64,000 nucleotides of DNA from Patescibacteria group bacterium (GTDB lineage Bacteria > Patescibacteriota > Microgenomatia > Levybacterales > UBA12049), in contig JBBTYY010000015.1 in NCBI GenBank assembly GCA_038061615.1, forward strand, positions 1,298-65,297, read 5' to 3'. The notes beneath the pieces are model-generated. The model was not told the origin of the DNA and did no database searches. It was given only the letters and a program-made list of their open reading frames with translations. This document shows positions 1-7,585 of the stretch, in pieces (position 1 is the stretch's first letter; every line of letters starts with the position of its first letter). Both the position numbers and the translations under genes were made by a program.

Positions 1-135
1 AAGATATATAAAATATTCATTTTTTTTGTCTATAATTGAAAGCGCAGTAAGAAGCTGAAAGCAAAATTCACTACTACCGACTCTGTTTGGCAAACCGGTT
101 TCTTTGTCGAATCCGAATCTGGGAACTGCCGCCTC
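1..135 (-). ncRNA. ssrA: Probable 5' portion of tmRNA (SsrA) on the minus strand; the rest would lie beyond the left window edge
   Basis: The reverse complement of ~60-135 reads GGCGGCAGUUCCCAGAUUCGGAUUCGACAAAGAAACCGGUUUGCC. This resembles the conserved tmRNA 5' end (E. coli GGGGCUGAUUCUGGAUUCGACGGGAUUUGCGAAACCC; B. subtilis ...GGAUUCGACAGGG), including the invariant GGAUUCGAC block. No long ORF covers 1-208. Confidence 0.4.
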
Positions 136-258
136 ATACCCATTTATTCCAATAACCATAGTTTATTAAAGTTATAATGTTATAAAGTAAGTATCAATTG
201 CAACTTTTATGGAGTTGTTGACAAAAATCATATTTTGTGATAAATTGATATTAACTTA

Positions 259-287
259 CCCGGCATGCATGCATGTCGGGTTTTTTT
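259..287 (+). terminator. Intrinsic-terminator-like hairpin followed by T7 (plus-strand sense)
   Basis: cccggcatgcatgcatgtcggg forms a ~9-10 bp GC-rich stem around a palindromic core and is followed directly by ttttttt. It overlaps the stop codon of the minus-strand NYN gene. The U-run is on the plus-strand side, so it is not a canonical terminator for the minus-strand genes. Confidence 0.35.
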
Positions 288-897
288 ATGCATTTCTTAC
301 CACATTCTCCGTAAGAATTTTTAATAAGATTAAGTTTTTAAAAATTCTTCTAAAAATTGGCTCATTCTTTAATACAAGAAGATATGTATTAAAATAAAAC
401 ATTCCCTGATACATAATTTTATTTTCAAGAAACACCAAGAATATCTTCTTTTTATTATGAAATTTTTTTATTGAAAAAAGCGCTTGAAGAAAATCAGCAT
501 CTCCTGTAATTAAATAAGCATTGTCATACTTATTTAAAAATGCGTAGGTTATTATATCTGCCGTTAATTTTACATCTACTTCTTTTTCTTTTCCGCTGGC
601 TTTTGACCTATAACCTGTAAAAAATATTACGTCCTTATTTAGTTTTGCAGATTTATAAAACAACGCCTCATTTTTTAAATATTTCTTTTCTTTTTTTGTA
701 GGATTTTTGGGATTTGGGGAGTAAGAAGCATAAAAATAAATTTTATCGAATTTGATTCCTAACTTTTGCTGTAGTTCTTTTATCAGAAGACTAAAATCCA
801 AATATTTTGCCGGTCCAAAAAGCTCATACTGACCGGCATACATATTCGTTCCGTCCACAAAAAGAAAATTTTTCTCATTTATTTTCTTATTTTTCAT
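286..897 (-). CDS. NYN-domain (LabA/DUF88-like) putative RNase
   Basis: 203 aa ORF with the motifs FVDGTNMY, DVKLTADII and LITGDADF, typical of NYN/LabA nuclease-fold proteins. Confidence 0.65.
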   Translation of the reverse strand: MKNKKINEKNFLFVDGTNMYAGQYELFGPAKYLDFSLLIKELQQKLGIKFDKIYFYASYSPNPKNPTKKEKKYLKNEALFYKSAKLNKDVIFFTGYRSKASGKEKEVDVKLTADIITYAFLNKYDNAYLITGDADFLQALFSIKKFHNKKKIFLVFLENKIMYQGMFYFNTYLLVLKNEPIFRRIFKNLILLKILTENVVRNA

Positions 898-907
898 ATT
901 TGTCTTA

Positions 908-1177
908 TCATTTCCAGATACTTCCAGCTGTATTGGTACAGTCGGTCTCTCTCATTTTTCCGTCTGGAGCCATCAATTTCAACTGTCGACAAATTGTCGA
1001 CAGTTCGATCCCATCCTCGCTTTTCACCCTGGTCCTCATTTTAAACCAATAATCACGGGGATTAGCGCTATCTGTAAGCGCTTCAATCACATCTACTACC
1101 GAAAACCACCATTCATTTTTATATATGGTTTTCCTGATATTTTTTCCTTTAAAAATTGAGATTCTCGTTTCAGTCAT
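908..1177 (-). pseudogene. Truncated DinD/Bro-N-like (antirepressor-like) gene fragment
   Basis: 89 aa ORF: KNEWWFSVVDVIEALTDSANPRDYWFKMRTRVKSEDGIELSTICRQLKLMAPDGKMRETDCTNTAG. It matches the conserved N-terminal region of the DinD/Bro-N-like family (full-length members are 170-280 aa). The ORF stops just after the TNT-G motif where homologues continue. Local GC (~45%) is above the ~30% background. Confidence 0.5.
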
Positions 1178-1264
1178 ACTCGTAATCTATAATTAACAAC
1201 TGCCGACGTCAATACTTCGATTATGCAGATTTAACATCTTCTTATTTCTTCATACCTAATACTT

Positions 1265-1858
1265 TTATATTCCAGGGTGTGAAACACTAAGTTTTTCACT
1301 GTCGATTCCTAAAATTTCCATAGCATCTTTTTTTGTTGCTTCTGAAATACAAAAAATTAAATCCGATTCTTTTTTGACCCAATGTAGTTTTCTTTTTTGG
1401 GTTTCTACTATCTTTTTGTCTGTTTCCTTAGGGTATTTATATACAGCTAGGTCATAAAGAATTGTCGCTTTTTTTGCTTTCTTGACAGGCGGCTCTGTCC
1501 AATCGGAAGTAATAAAGACATCAACATCACCAATAAACCATTCTATTGGTGCAATATGCAATCTATTCCATAAAAGATCGAGAAGTGTTAGTGGAAATTT
1601 AAAAGTTTTGATTTTGACATTTGGATTTGATTGAAAATTGCCCCTCGGTCCTGAGCTTGGGATCGAAGGAAAAATTGAAAATTGCCCGCCCCGCTTCGCT
1701 TGTCGAGGCCGGGGAAAATTTCTTCTCAGGCTTGAGAAAAACAATACGTATTCATTCCTGGAATCAATTTTTAAAAGGGCATTCAGCAGATTTTCAAGAT
1801 AATTCGCAACTCCCGTATCTTCAAACGCTAACTGACTTATGTCAATCCCAATTCTCAT
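1265..1858 (-). pseudogene. Truncated GT4 (group 1) glycosyltransferase, N-terminal Rossmann domain only, with internal GC-rich insertion
   Basis: 197 aa ORF starts MRIGIDISQLAFEDTGVANYLENLL (a GT4 N-terminal domain) but ends after ~195 aa with no C-terminal catalytic domain. It contains an atypical Pro/Arg/Gly-rich stretch (RRNFPRPRQAKRGGQFSIFPSIPSSGPRGNFQS) encoded by the GC-rich element at 1633-1722. Confidence 0.55.
1633..1722. repeat. About 90 bp GC-rich element with imperfect terminal inverted repeats, inserted in the GT4 fragment (MITE-like)
   Basis: gaaaattgcccc...gaaaattgcccgcccc...ggccggggaaaatttc. GC is >50% against a ~30% background. The ends are near-palindromic (GAAAATTGCCCC / GGGGAAAATTTC), and there is an internal direct repeat of ttgaaaattgccc. 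Confidence 0.3.
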
Positions 1859-1883
1859 ATATTAATTCTAAGCAAATTTAAGA

Positions 1884-2759
1884 TTATTTTCTAGTTGTAA
1901 GAAAAATCCCAAAAAGAGCAAGCACTCCTCCTATAAAAAGTCCTGAAGTAAGCCTTTCTCCCAGAAAAACAAATGCCGCTAGGAAGGCAAAAATTGGTAA
2001 AAGGTAAAAAGAAGTTGAGGCAAACACTGACCCGGCATGTTTGATAGTATATTGGTTAAGTAAATAATTGAGTATTGTTCCAAAAATAGACACATAACTT
2101 AAAGAAATTATGCCAGATAACGAAAGTTGACTCAGCCATTTACTGTCTCTAATAAATTCAAAGATAAAAAATGGAAACAGAATAAAAGTTGTAATAAAAA
2201 TAAATGCGCTATTTATCACAAAAGGAGAATGTTCTTTGCTAAGTTTTTTTGAAAAAACCATATATAATGACCAAGAAATAACACCTATCACTATTAAAAG
2301 ATTCCCTACTAAATTCCCGGAAAACTGTTTATTCTGCTCAATTATTGGAAGAAGAACAACAATTGCGACACCTATAAAACCGACAACAATACCTAAGATT
2401 TTTTTTGACGATAGCCTGTCACCAAAAACAAGAAATGTAATTACTCCTGTCAAAAAAGGTACTCCTGCGTATAGCAGCTGACCTATCGTTGCGGTTGTAA
2501 ATCTTATCCCAAGAATAAATAAAATTACATTTAAAGTAGCAAATAGAGTAAAGGGTAGAAGGTTCTTTATTTTTTTAACTGAAACATTTTTGTTTTTAAA
2601 TACAATTGGTAATAATACAATCGAGGCAATAAAAAATCTTAAAAAAGAAAAAGTAAGAGGAGGAATTTCAACTAATCCAACTTTAATAACCGTAGTTACT
2701 GCCCCGCCGAACAAAGAACCAAATAAAATTGCCAGAAATGCTTTATTTCTATCAGACAC
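1884..2759 (-). CDS. EamA/DMT-superfamily transporter (10 TM)
   Basis: 291 aa, highly hydrophobic, with two repeated 5-TM halves typical of EamA-domain proteins. Confidence 0.7.
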   Translation of the reverse strand: MSDRNKAFLAILFGSLFGGAVTTVIKVGLVEIPPLTFSFLRFFIASIVLLPIVFKNKNVSVKKIKNLLPFTLFATLNVILFILGIRFTTATIGQLLYAGVPFLTGVITFLVFGDRLSSKKILGIVVGFIGVAIVVLLPIIEQNKQFSGNLVGNLLIVIGVISWSLYMVFSKKLSKEHSPFVINSAFIFITTFILFPFFIFEFIRDSKWLSQLSLSGIISLSYVSIFGTILNYLLNQYTIKHAGSVFASTSFYLLPIFAFLAAFVFLGERLTSGLFIGGVLALFGIFLTTRK

Positions 2760-2760
2760 G

Positions 2761-2982
2761 CTACTTCCCTTTTCTTAAATTAATTAGATGGAAAATTACT
2801 GAAAGAAGAAAAAACGCCGCAGCGTACCAAGTAAGACGTTCTGCTGTAAAAAAAATCCAGAAAGAAAAAAGCGGGATGGATAAAATCAGTGAAATAATTC
2901 CTGCTCCCGTTGCTAATCTCGGATCTCTTTTAATTAGCAGACTGAGGAAGATAATAATAAAAACAATATCTTGAATTTTCAT
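2761..2982 (-). CDS. Small 2-TM membrane protein, hypothetical
   Basis: 73 aa with two hydrophobic helices, tightly packed between the EamA and GT2 genes. No family recognised. Confidence 0.35.
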   Translation of the reverse strand: MKIQDIVFIIIFLSLLIKRDPRLATGAGIISLILSIPLFSFWIFFTAERLTWYAAAFFLLSVIFHLINLRKGK

Positions 2983-2984
2983 TT

Positions 2985-3911
2985 CTAATCACTTGAGTAT
3001 TTAAGTGTTGCCTTATCTTCTTTTTCTTTACTGGAACTATGCAGTATAAGATCTGCTAAAAAACCTGTAAAGAAAACTTGAAGACCGCTTATGACAAGAA
3101 GCATTCCCAAAAATAAAAGAGGGCGTTTGCCTATAGAATAACCCTCAAGACGAAGAAGAGTGAGATATGCAAGGATTATTGTTCCCACAATAAAAATAAA
3201 TCCTCCTACGGGTGCAAAAAAATGAAGAGGCCTCCTGCTGTACCTTGAAAGAAATAGCATTGTAAACATATCCGGAATTTCCGTAAATACTTTAGAAAAA
3301 CCATACTTTGATTTTCCCAACTTTCTCTTATCATGAACGACAGGTACCTCTGCTACCAAAAATCCCTCCTGGTGAAGAATAAGGGGAATAAAACGGTGTG
3401 TCCCTCCGTATAAATTTAGCGATTTTGCAGCTTCCGCCCTGTAAAGCTTTAATCCGCAGTTTAAATCATTTACTTTCAAGCCCCAAAAGGAACTTGATAC
3501 TAAGTTAAAGATTTTTGATGATATATTTTTTGCAAAGGAATCTTTTCTGTTTTTTCTCCAACCCGATACCAGATCCCAACCATCCTTAGATTTTTTAATA
3601 AGTTTTTCTATCTGATCGGGTCTGTCCTGCAAATCCGAATCAATAGTAAGAATATATTCGCCTATGGCTTTTGTAAACCCAAGTGTTAGTGCCTCTGCTT
3701 TTCCCCGGTGCTTTCGAAAAGAGAAAATTCTGATGTTTTTATTCTCTTCTTCAAGTTTTTTTAAGATACTAAGCGATCCATCGGTTGACCCATCATCAAC
3801 GAAGATAACTTCAAAATCAACTTTGAGTTTTGATACCTGCAAAATAAGCTCTTTGTAAAAAGCACTTAAGCTTTCTTCCTCGTTAAAAACAGGCACAACA
3901 ACACTTAGCAT
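2985..3911 (-). CDS. GT2 polyprenyl-phosphate sugar transferase (ArnC/GtrB/DPM1-like)
   Basis: 308 aa with VVVPVFNEEESL, DDGSTDGS, DSDLQDRPDQI and RKNRKDSFAKN motifs plus two C-terminal TM helices. It is collinear with E. coli ArnC (Und-P-Ara4FN synthase) and GtrB. Confidence 0.85.
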   Translation of the reverse strand: MLSVVVPVFNEEESLSAFYKELILQVSKLKVDFEVIFVDDGSTDGSLSILKKLEEENKNIRIFSFRKHRGKAEALTLGFTKAIGEYILTIDSDLQDRPDQIEKLIKKSKDGWDLVSGWRKNRKDSFAKNISSKIFNLVSSSFWGLKVNDLNCGLKLYRAEAAKSLNLYGGTHRFIPLILHQEGFLVAEVPVVHDKRKLGKSKYGFSKVFTEIPDMFTMLFLSRYSRRPLHFFAPVGGFIFIVGTIILAYLTLLRLEGYSIGKRPLLFLGMLLVISGLQVFFTGFLADLILHSSSKEKEDKATLKYSSD

Positions 3912-3939
3912 GCTCGTATTTTACCATTTCCTAAAGGCT

Positions 3940-5001
3940 TTATGTCCAATTTTCTGTGCACCAACGTAGCGTTCTTTCTAATCCTTTCTCTATATCTATC
4001 TTCGGAAAGTATCCAAGCTCATTCTTAACTTTAGCCAGATCAGGACACCTGCGCTGAGATTCTCCCTGAGGGTAACCTTTTGGATATGGAACGTGCTCAA
4101 TCCTCAATTTATTGTTAAACATTTGGTTGAAGATTTTTGCTAAACGACTCATATCTATTTCATTTCGATCATTGCCAACATTATAGACCTCGCCATCTTT
4201 ACCACATAGTAAAGCGAGAAGAAAACCAGTCACTGCATCTGAAATATAACAAAATGTTCTTGTCTGTACTCCACTTGAGTACACTTGGATAGGTTTATCA
4301 TTTAACGCATTAAAAAGATAACTTGGGATGACTCTGTGATCATCCGGACGCATCCCTGGTCCAAATATATTGAATGGCCGTACGATTTTGCTAGGAGTCT
4401 TATAGAAATGTCTATACATCATGCATAGCGTTTCTCCTAATCTTTTTGATTCGTCGTAGTAAGACCGTGGGCCAATCGGGGACACATTCCCATTATATGT
4501 TTCCTTTGTAGGAATTACGTCTGGGGTTGGATCTCCGTATATCTCGCTTGAACTGAAGAAAAGAAAACTCTCAACTTTCTTTTTTTTTGCAATTTCCAGC
4601 ATATTTCTTGTACCAGTTACCGCTACATCGAGTGTCTCGAATGGATATTTACGATAGTAAAACGGGGAAGCAATTCCCGCTGCATGTATGATATAGTTAA
4701 TTTTACCCTCAAGATGCAAGGTACTTACAATATCTTGTTCGATATATTTGCAATGCTGCGTTTCATGTATGATTGATAAGCCCCCCTTAGGAGAGGTAAT
4801 ACGATTATCAATGACTATTATCTTACAGGGTTTTGGAAGGGTGTGCTCGTTAAGATAATTAATCGTACCCACGATGTATCTGCCTATAAACCCTAACCCA
4901 CCAGTTATTACAACGGTTTTCCCAGAGAGAGCAAACGCGCACTTACCAACAGCATTTACTATTTCCTTGAAATCCTCCTGCATAATATGATTAACGCTCA
5001 T
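3940..5001 (-). CDS. UDP-glucuronate decarboxylase-like SDR (UXS/ArnA C-domain family)
   Basis: 353 aa. GGLGFIGRYIV, IIHAAGIASPFYYRKYP, SSSEIYGDPTPDVIPTKETYNGNVSPIGPRSYYDESKRLGE and RPFNIFGPGMRPDDHRVIPSYLFNAL...YSSGVQTRTFCYISD match the UXS/ArnA-C signature blocks. Confidence 0.7.
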   Translation of the reverse strand: MSVNHIMQEDFKEIVNAVGKCAFALSGKTVVITGGLGFIGRYIVGTINYLNEHTLPKPCKIIVIDNRITSPKGGLSIIHETQHCKYIEQDIVSTLHLEGKINYIIHAAGIASPFYYRKYPFETLDVAVTGTRNMLEIAKKKKVESFLFFSSSEIYGDPTPDVIPTKETYNGNVSPIGPRSYYDESKRLGETLCMMYRHFYKTPSKIVRPFNIFGPGMRPDDHRVIPSYLFNALNDKPIQVYSSGVQTRTFCYISDAVTGFLLALLCGKDGEVYNVGNDRNEIDMSRLAKIFNQMFNNKLRIEHVPYPKGYPQGESQRRCPDLAKVKNELGYFPKIDIEKGLERTLRWCTENWT

Positions 5002-5004
5002 AAG

Positions 5005-6258
5005 TTATGACACTATTTTGGGAATGGGAACAGGAATAATAAATTTACCACCATTCTCTCTAAAACTTTGATACTTTACCATAATAGACTGAGCAAAGTT
5101 CCAAGCAAGTATCAAAATATAATCTGGCTTATACTTATCTAATATTTTAGGTGAAACTACAGGTATATGGGTACCAGGAGTATATAATCCTTGTTTTAAC
5201 GGACTATCATCGATTATATAATCTAATACCTCATTGCCAATTTTGAAATAATTTAATAAGGTATTTCCTTTTGCCGGAGCTCCGTAACCGATAATTTTTT
5301 TGTTTGAAAGTTTGATTTTTGTTAACAATGTCACAAGTTCCATTTTATTTTGTAATACACGTTTTCCAAAATCAATATAAGTGTCAACTTTATTAAGCCC
5401 CTTCTTTCTTTCCGATTCTACAAATTCCGAAACGGATTTTTCTATTTTAAAATTTCCCTCATTCTTTTTAATAAATACGCGTATTGATCCTCCATGCGAA
5501 TCTACCTTCTGAACATCAAAAATTGTCATATTAAATCTCTTGAAAAGCTTAACCAATGGTGATACTGCCCAGTAAGATAGGTGCTCATGGTATACAAGAT
5601 CAAAATATCTTTTCTCCAAAAAATCAACTAGATAGGGTGCTTCCATAATAAATATTCCATCTTTATCCAAAAGAATATCTAAGCCCCTTATTACCTCGTC
5701 CAAGTCGTCTATATGTGCGAACACATTCGTAGCAGTTGCTATTTTTACAATTCCATATTGACCTACAATTTTCTTCGCAAGTTGAGCACTAAAAAACTGA
5801 CTTATAGTTTCTACGCCCTCTTTTCGAGCTAGTTTTGCTATCTTAGAAGCAGGTTCTATGCCCAAAACTTTTGTTCCAAGATCTTTAAATGGCCTCAGAA
5901 GAATTCCGTCGTTACTCCCAATGTCCAAAACTAAAGATCCTTCTGTAAGTTTAAATCTTTTATAAATCTGTTTAGAAAATGTTTTAAAGTGATTTATAAA
6001 AACCTTAGAAGTTGAAGAAACATACACGTAGTCTTTAAAAAGTTCAACCGGAGAAACAACATGCCCAAGAGTTAGGAAATTGCAATTATTGCAAAAGTAT
6101 ATATCGAGAGGATAAAAATATTCCTCCCCATCAATCTTTTCTTTTGACAAAAATGCATTAGCAAGTGGAGTAGGACCAAAAGTAAGAACTTTTGTGAAAT
6201 CGTTGGCCTTACAAACCCTACAACTATTAATCTTTTTTATTAAAGGAAAATTTTTCAT
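5005..6258 (-). CDS. NDP-sugar C-methyltransferase (TylCIII/TcaB9-like: Zn-ribbon + SAM MTase + C-methyltransferase C-terminal domain)
   Basis: 417 aa. N-terminal CRVC...CNNC zinc-ribbon, a central LDIGSNDGILL SAM-binding motif, and a long C-terminal domain as in sugar C-3 methyltransferases. Confidence 0.65.
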   Translation of the reverse strand: MKNFPLIKKINSCRVCKANDFTKVLTFGPTPLANAFLSKEKIDGEEYFYPLDIYFCNNCNFLTLGHVVSPVELFKDYVYVSSTSKVFINHFKTFSKQIYKRFKLTEGSLVLDIGSNDGILLRPFKDLGTKVLGIEPASKIAKLARKEGVETISQFFSAQLAKKIVGQYGIVKIATATNVFAHIDDLDEVIRGLDILLDKDGIFIMEAPYLVDFLEKRYFDLVYHEHLSYWAVSPLVKLFKRFNMTIFDVQKVDSHGGSIRVFIKKNEGNFKIEKSVSEFVESERKKGLNKVDTYIDFGKRVLQNKMELVTLLTKIKLSNKKIIGYGAPAKGNTLLNYFKIGNEVLDYIIDDSPLKQGLYTPGTHIPVVSPKILDKYKPDYILILAWNFAQSIMVKYQSFRENGGKFIIPVPIPKIVS

Positions 6259-6261
6259 TGC

Positions 6262-6645
6262 TTAAACAAGTTTAACGCGAACAGTATCTTTCTCGTATTT
6301 TTTTCGATCACGCGATTCAGTGGTTAGAGCTATAAAAGATGAATCTTCCAAGAATCTCATTGCATGGATAGTCATTGGAGGACTTTCTACTATTTCCCCT
6401 TTTTTTACAATTATTTTATGCTTTTTTGCATTTTTGGCTTTAACGTCTTGATATGTATATTCCATTGAACCATTTACCATATAAGAATAATGCGTATCTT
6501 TTTTATGATAGTGATTAGCCCTAACTGCCCCTTTTTTACAAGTAATATATAAGACACTCGTAATATTGTTTGCATTATCAAGAAGATAACTCATTTCCCC
6601 TCTCTCATCGATAAAAAAAGGTTTTATTTTTTTAATGATTTTCAT
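6262..6645 (-). CDS. FdtA/WxcM-like cupin, putative NDP-4-keto-sugar 3,4-ketoisomerase
   Basis: 127 aa. IDERGEM and the HYHKKDTHY...VNGSMEY block parallel the FdtA RGFHAHK / LNGSCRV motifs. Predicted small cupin fold. Confidence 0.6.
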   Translation of the reverse strand: MKIIKKIKPFFIDERGEMSYLLDNANNITSVLYITCKKGAVRANHYHKKDTHYSYMVNGSMEYTYQDVKAKNAKKHKIIVKKGEIVESPPMTIHAMRFLEDSSFIALTTESRDRKKYEKDTVRVKLV

Positions 6646-7583
6646 TTTTGCTGCTGTAAAAGCTTCATTACTGTTTCGTAAATATCAACTATGCTAATCC
6701 CCAAGGTTTTTTTAACTGATGTAATTATTTCCGATGCATTAATTTCTTTACCTTCGTAATGAATATTTTTTATAATAATTGATCCATCTCCGGTCAAAAC
6801 TTCTACTCCATATTTTTTATGGACCACTGCAATTCTTCCTGGAATTCTTCCCTCGTAGACTCTGAGATTTTTAGCTATCTCACTATCCCAAACTATCATT
6901 TTTTTTCCTTCAAAGTATGTAAACGCGCCAGGGTAAGGTCTTGTTAATGCCCTTATCATATTAAAAATTTCTTGAGTACTTTTAGTCCAATCAATGTATC
7001 CATCTTCGGGAAGACGGGTGCAACAATAGGTTGGGAATCCTTTTTGCTTAAGCCCTCCATATCCTTTTAGAACTTTTTTAACTATTTCCGCCATATTTTC
7101 TTTAGTTAGTAAGTTAACTTTATCGTATATTGTTTTTACATTATCTTCTTGATTAATAGGTATCATGTACTGCGCATAAATGTCCCCTGCGTCAAGATCC
7201 GGTGTTGCTTCATGAAATGTTAGACCAATCTCTTTTCTTCCCAGAATTATGGCCCAATTAATATTCGCCCGTCCTCTCCATCTTGGCAAATCTCCATGAT
7301 GAACATTCATAAACTTTGTTAATTTAAGAATTCTGGCGGAAAGAATTTTATCGTAAGAAGATATAACAACAATATCAGGATGTGTATTTTTTACTAAGTT
7401 GAATATTTCTTCCTCCGAATTAACCTGAATTGTCTTTATCTTTAAACTGTTTGCCAAATCTTTAGCAGATGAGTTATCCCGAACAATGACCCATAGCAAA
7501 TCGAAATCTTTTATCAAAGTCTCCAAGGCAGATATACCCATTTCCCCGTAGGCAAAAAGCCCAACTCTATTTTTAGCTCTCAT
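6642..7583 (-). CDS. Sugar N-formyltransferase (ArnA N-domain / FdtF / WlaRD-like)
   Basis: 313 aa. NVHHGDLPRWRGRANINWAIILGRKEIGLTFHEATPDLDAGDI aligns with ArnA [32 protein letters not shown]...DAG. The C-terminal DWTKSTQEIFNMIRALTRPYPGAF matches ArnA [24 protein letters not shown]. Confidence 0.8.
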   Translation of the reverse strand: MRAKNRVGLFAYGEMGISALETLIKDFDLLWVIVRDNSSAKDLANSLKIKTIQVNSEEEIFNLVKNTHPDIVVISSYDKILSARILKLTKFMNVHHGDLPRWRGRANINWAIILGRKEIGLTFHEATPDLDAGDIYAQYMIPINQEDNVKTIYDKVNLLTKENMAEIVKKVLKGYGGLKQKGFPTYCCTRLPEDGYIDWTKSTQEIFNMIRALTRPYPGAFTYFEGKKMIVWDSEIAKNLRVYEGRIPGRIAVVHKKYGVEVLTGDGSIIIKNIHYEGKEINASEIITSVKKTLGISIVDIYETVMKLLQQQK

Positions 7584-7585
7584 AA

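Noticed and set aside
60-135. tmRNA on the plus strand (3' end) as an alternative
   Set aside because: The plus-strand reading lacks a T-arm/CCA-like end. The minus-strand reading reproduces the conserved 5' GGAUUCGAC block, so the minus orientation was preferred. Identity as tmRNA is only moderately confident.
218-252. Sigma70-like promoter TTGACA-N18-TAAATT on the plus strand
   Set aside because: It would drive only a ~35 nt transcript ending at the 259-287 hairpin. Weak -10 match. Possibly a chance match in AT-rich DNA.
209-397. 62 aa plus-strand ORF overlapping the NYN gene end and the hairpin
   Set aside because: Low-complexity AT-rich translation with no motif. It overlaps a clear minus-strand NYN gene and is more likely an antisense shadow.
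807-1052. 81 aa plus-strand ORF
   Set aside because: Antisense to the NYN gene and Bro-N-like fragment. No recognisable domain.
1621-1881. 86 aa plus-strand ORF inside the GT4 fragment
   Set aside because: Driven by the GC-rich inserted element. The opposite strand has a clear GT4 N-domain.
2236-2974. Several 60-80 aa plus-strand ORFs over the EamA and small membrane protein genes
   Set aside because: Antisense shadows of hydrophobic genes, with no start or RBS context or motifs.
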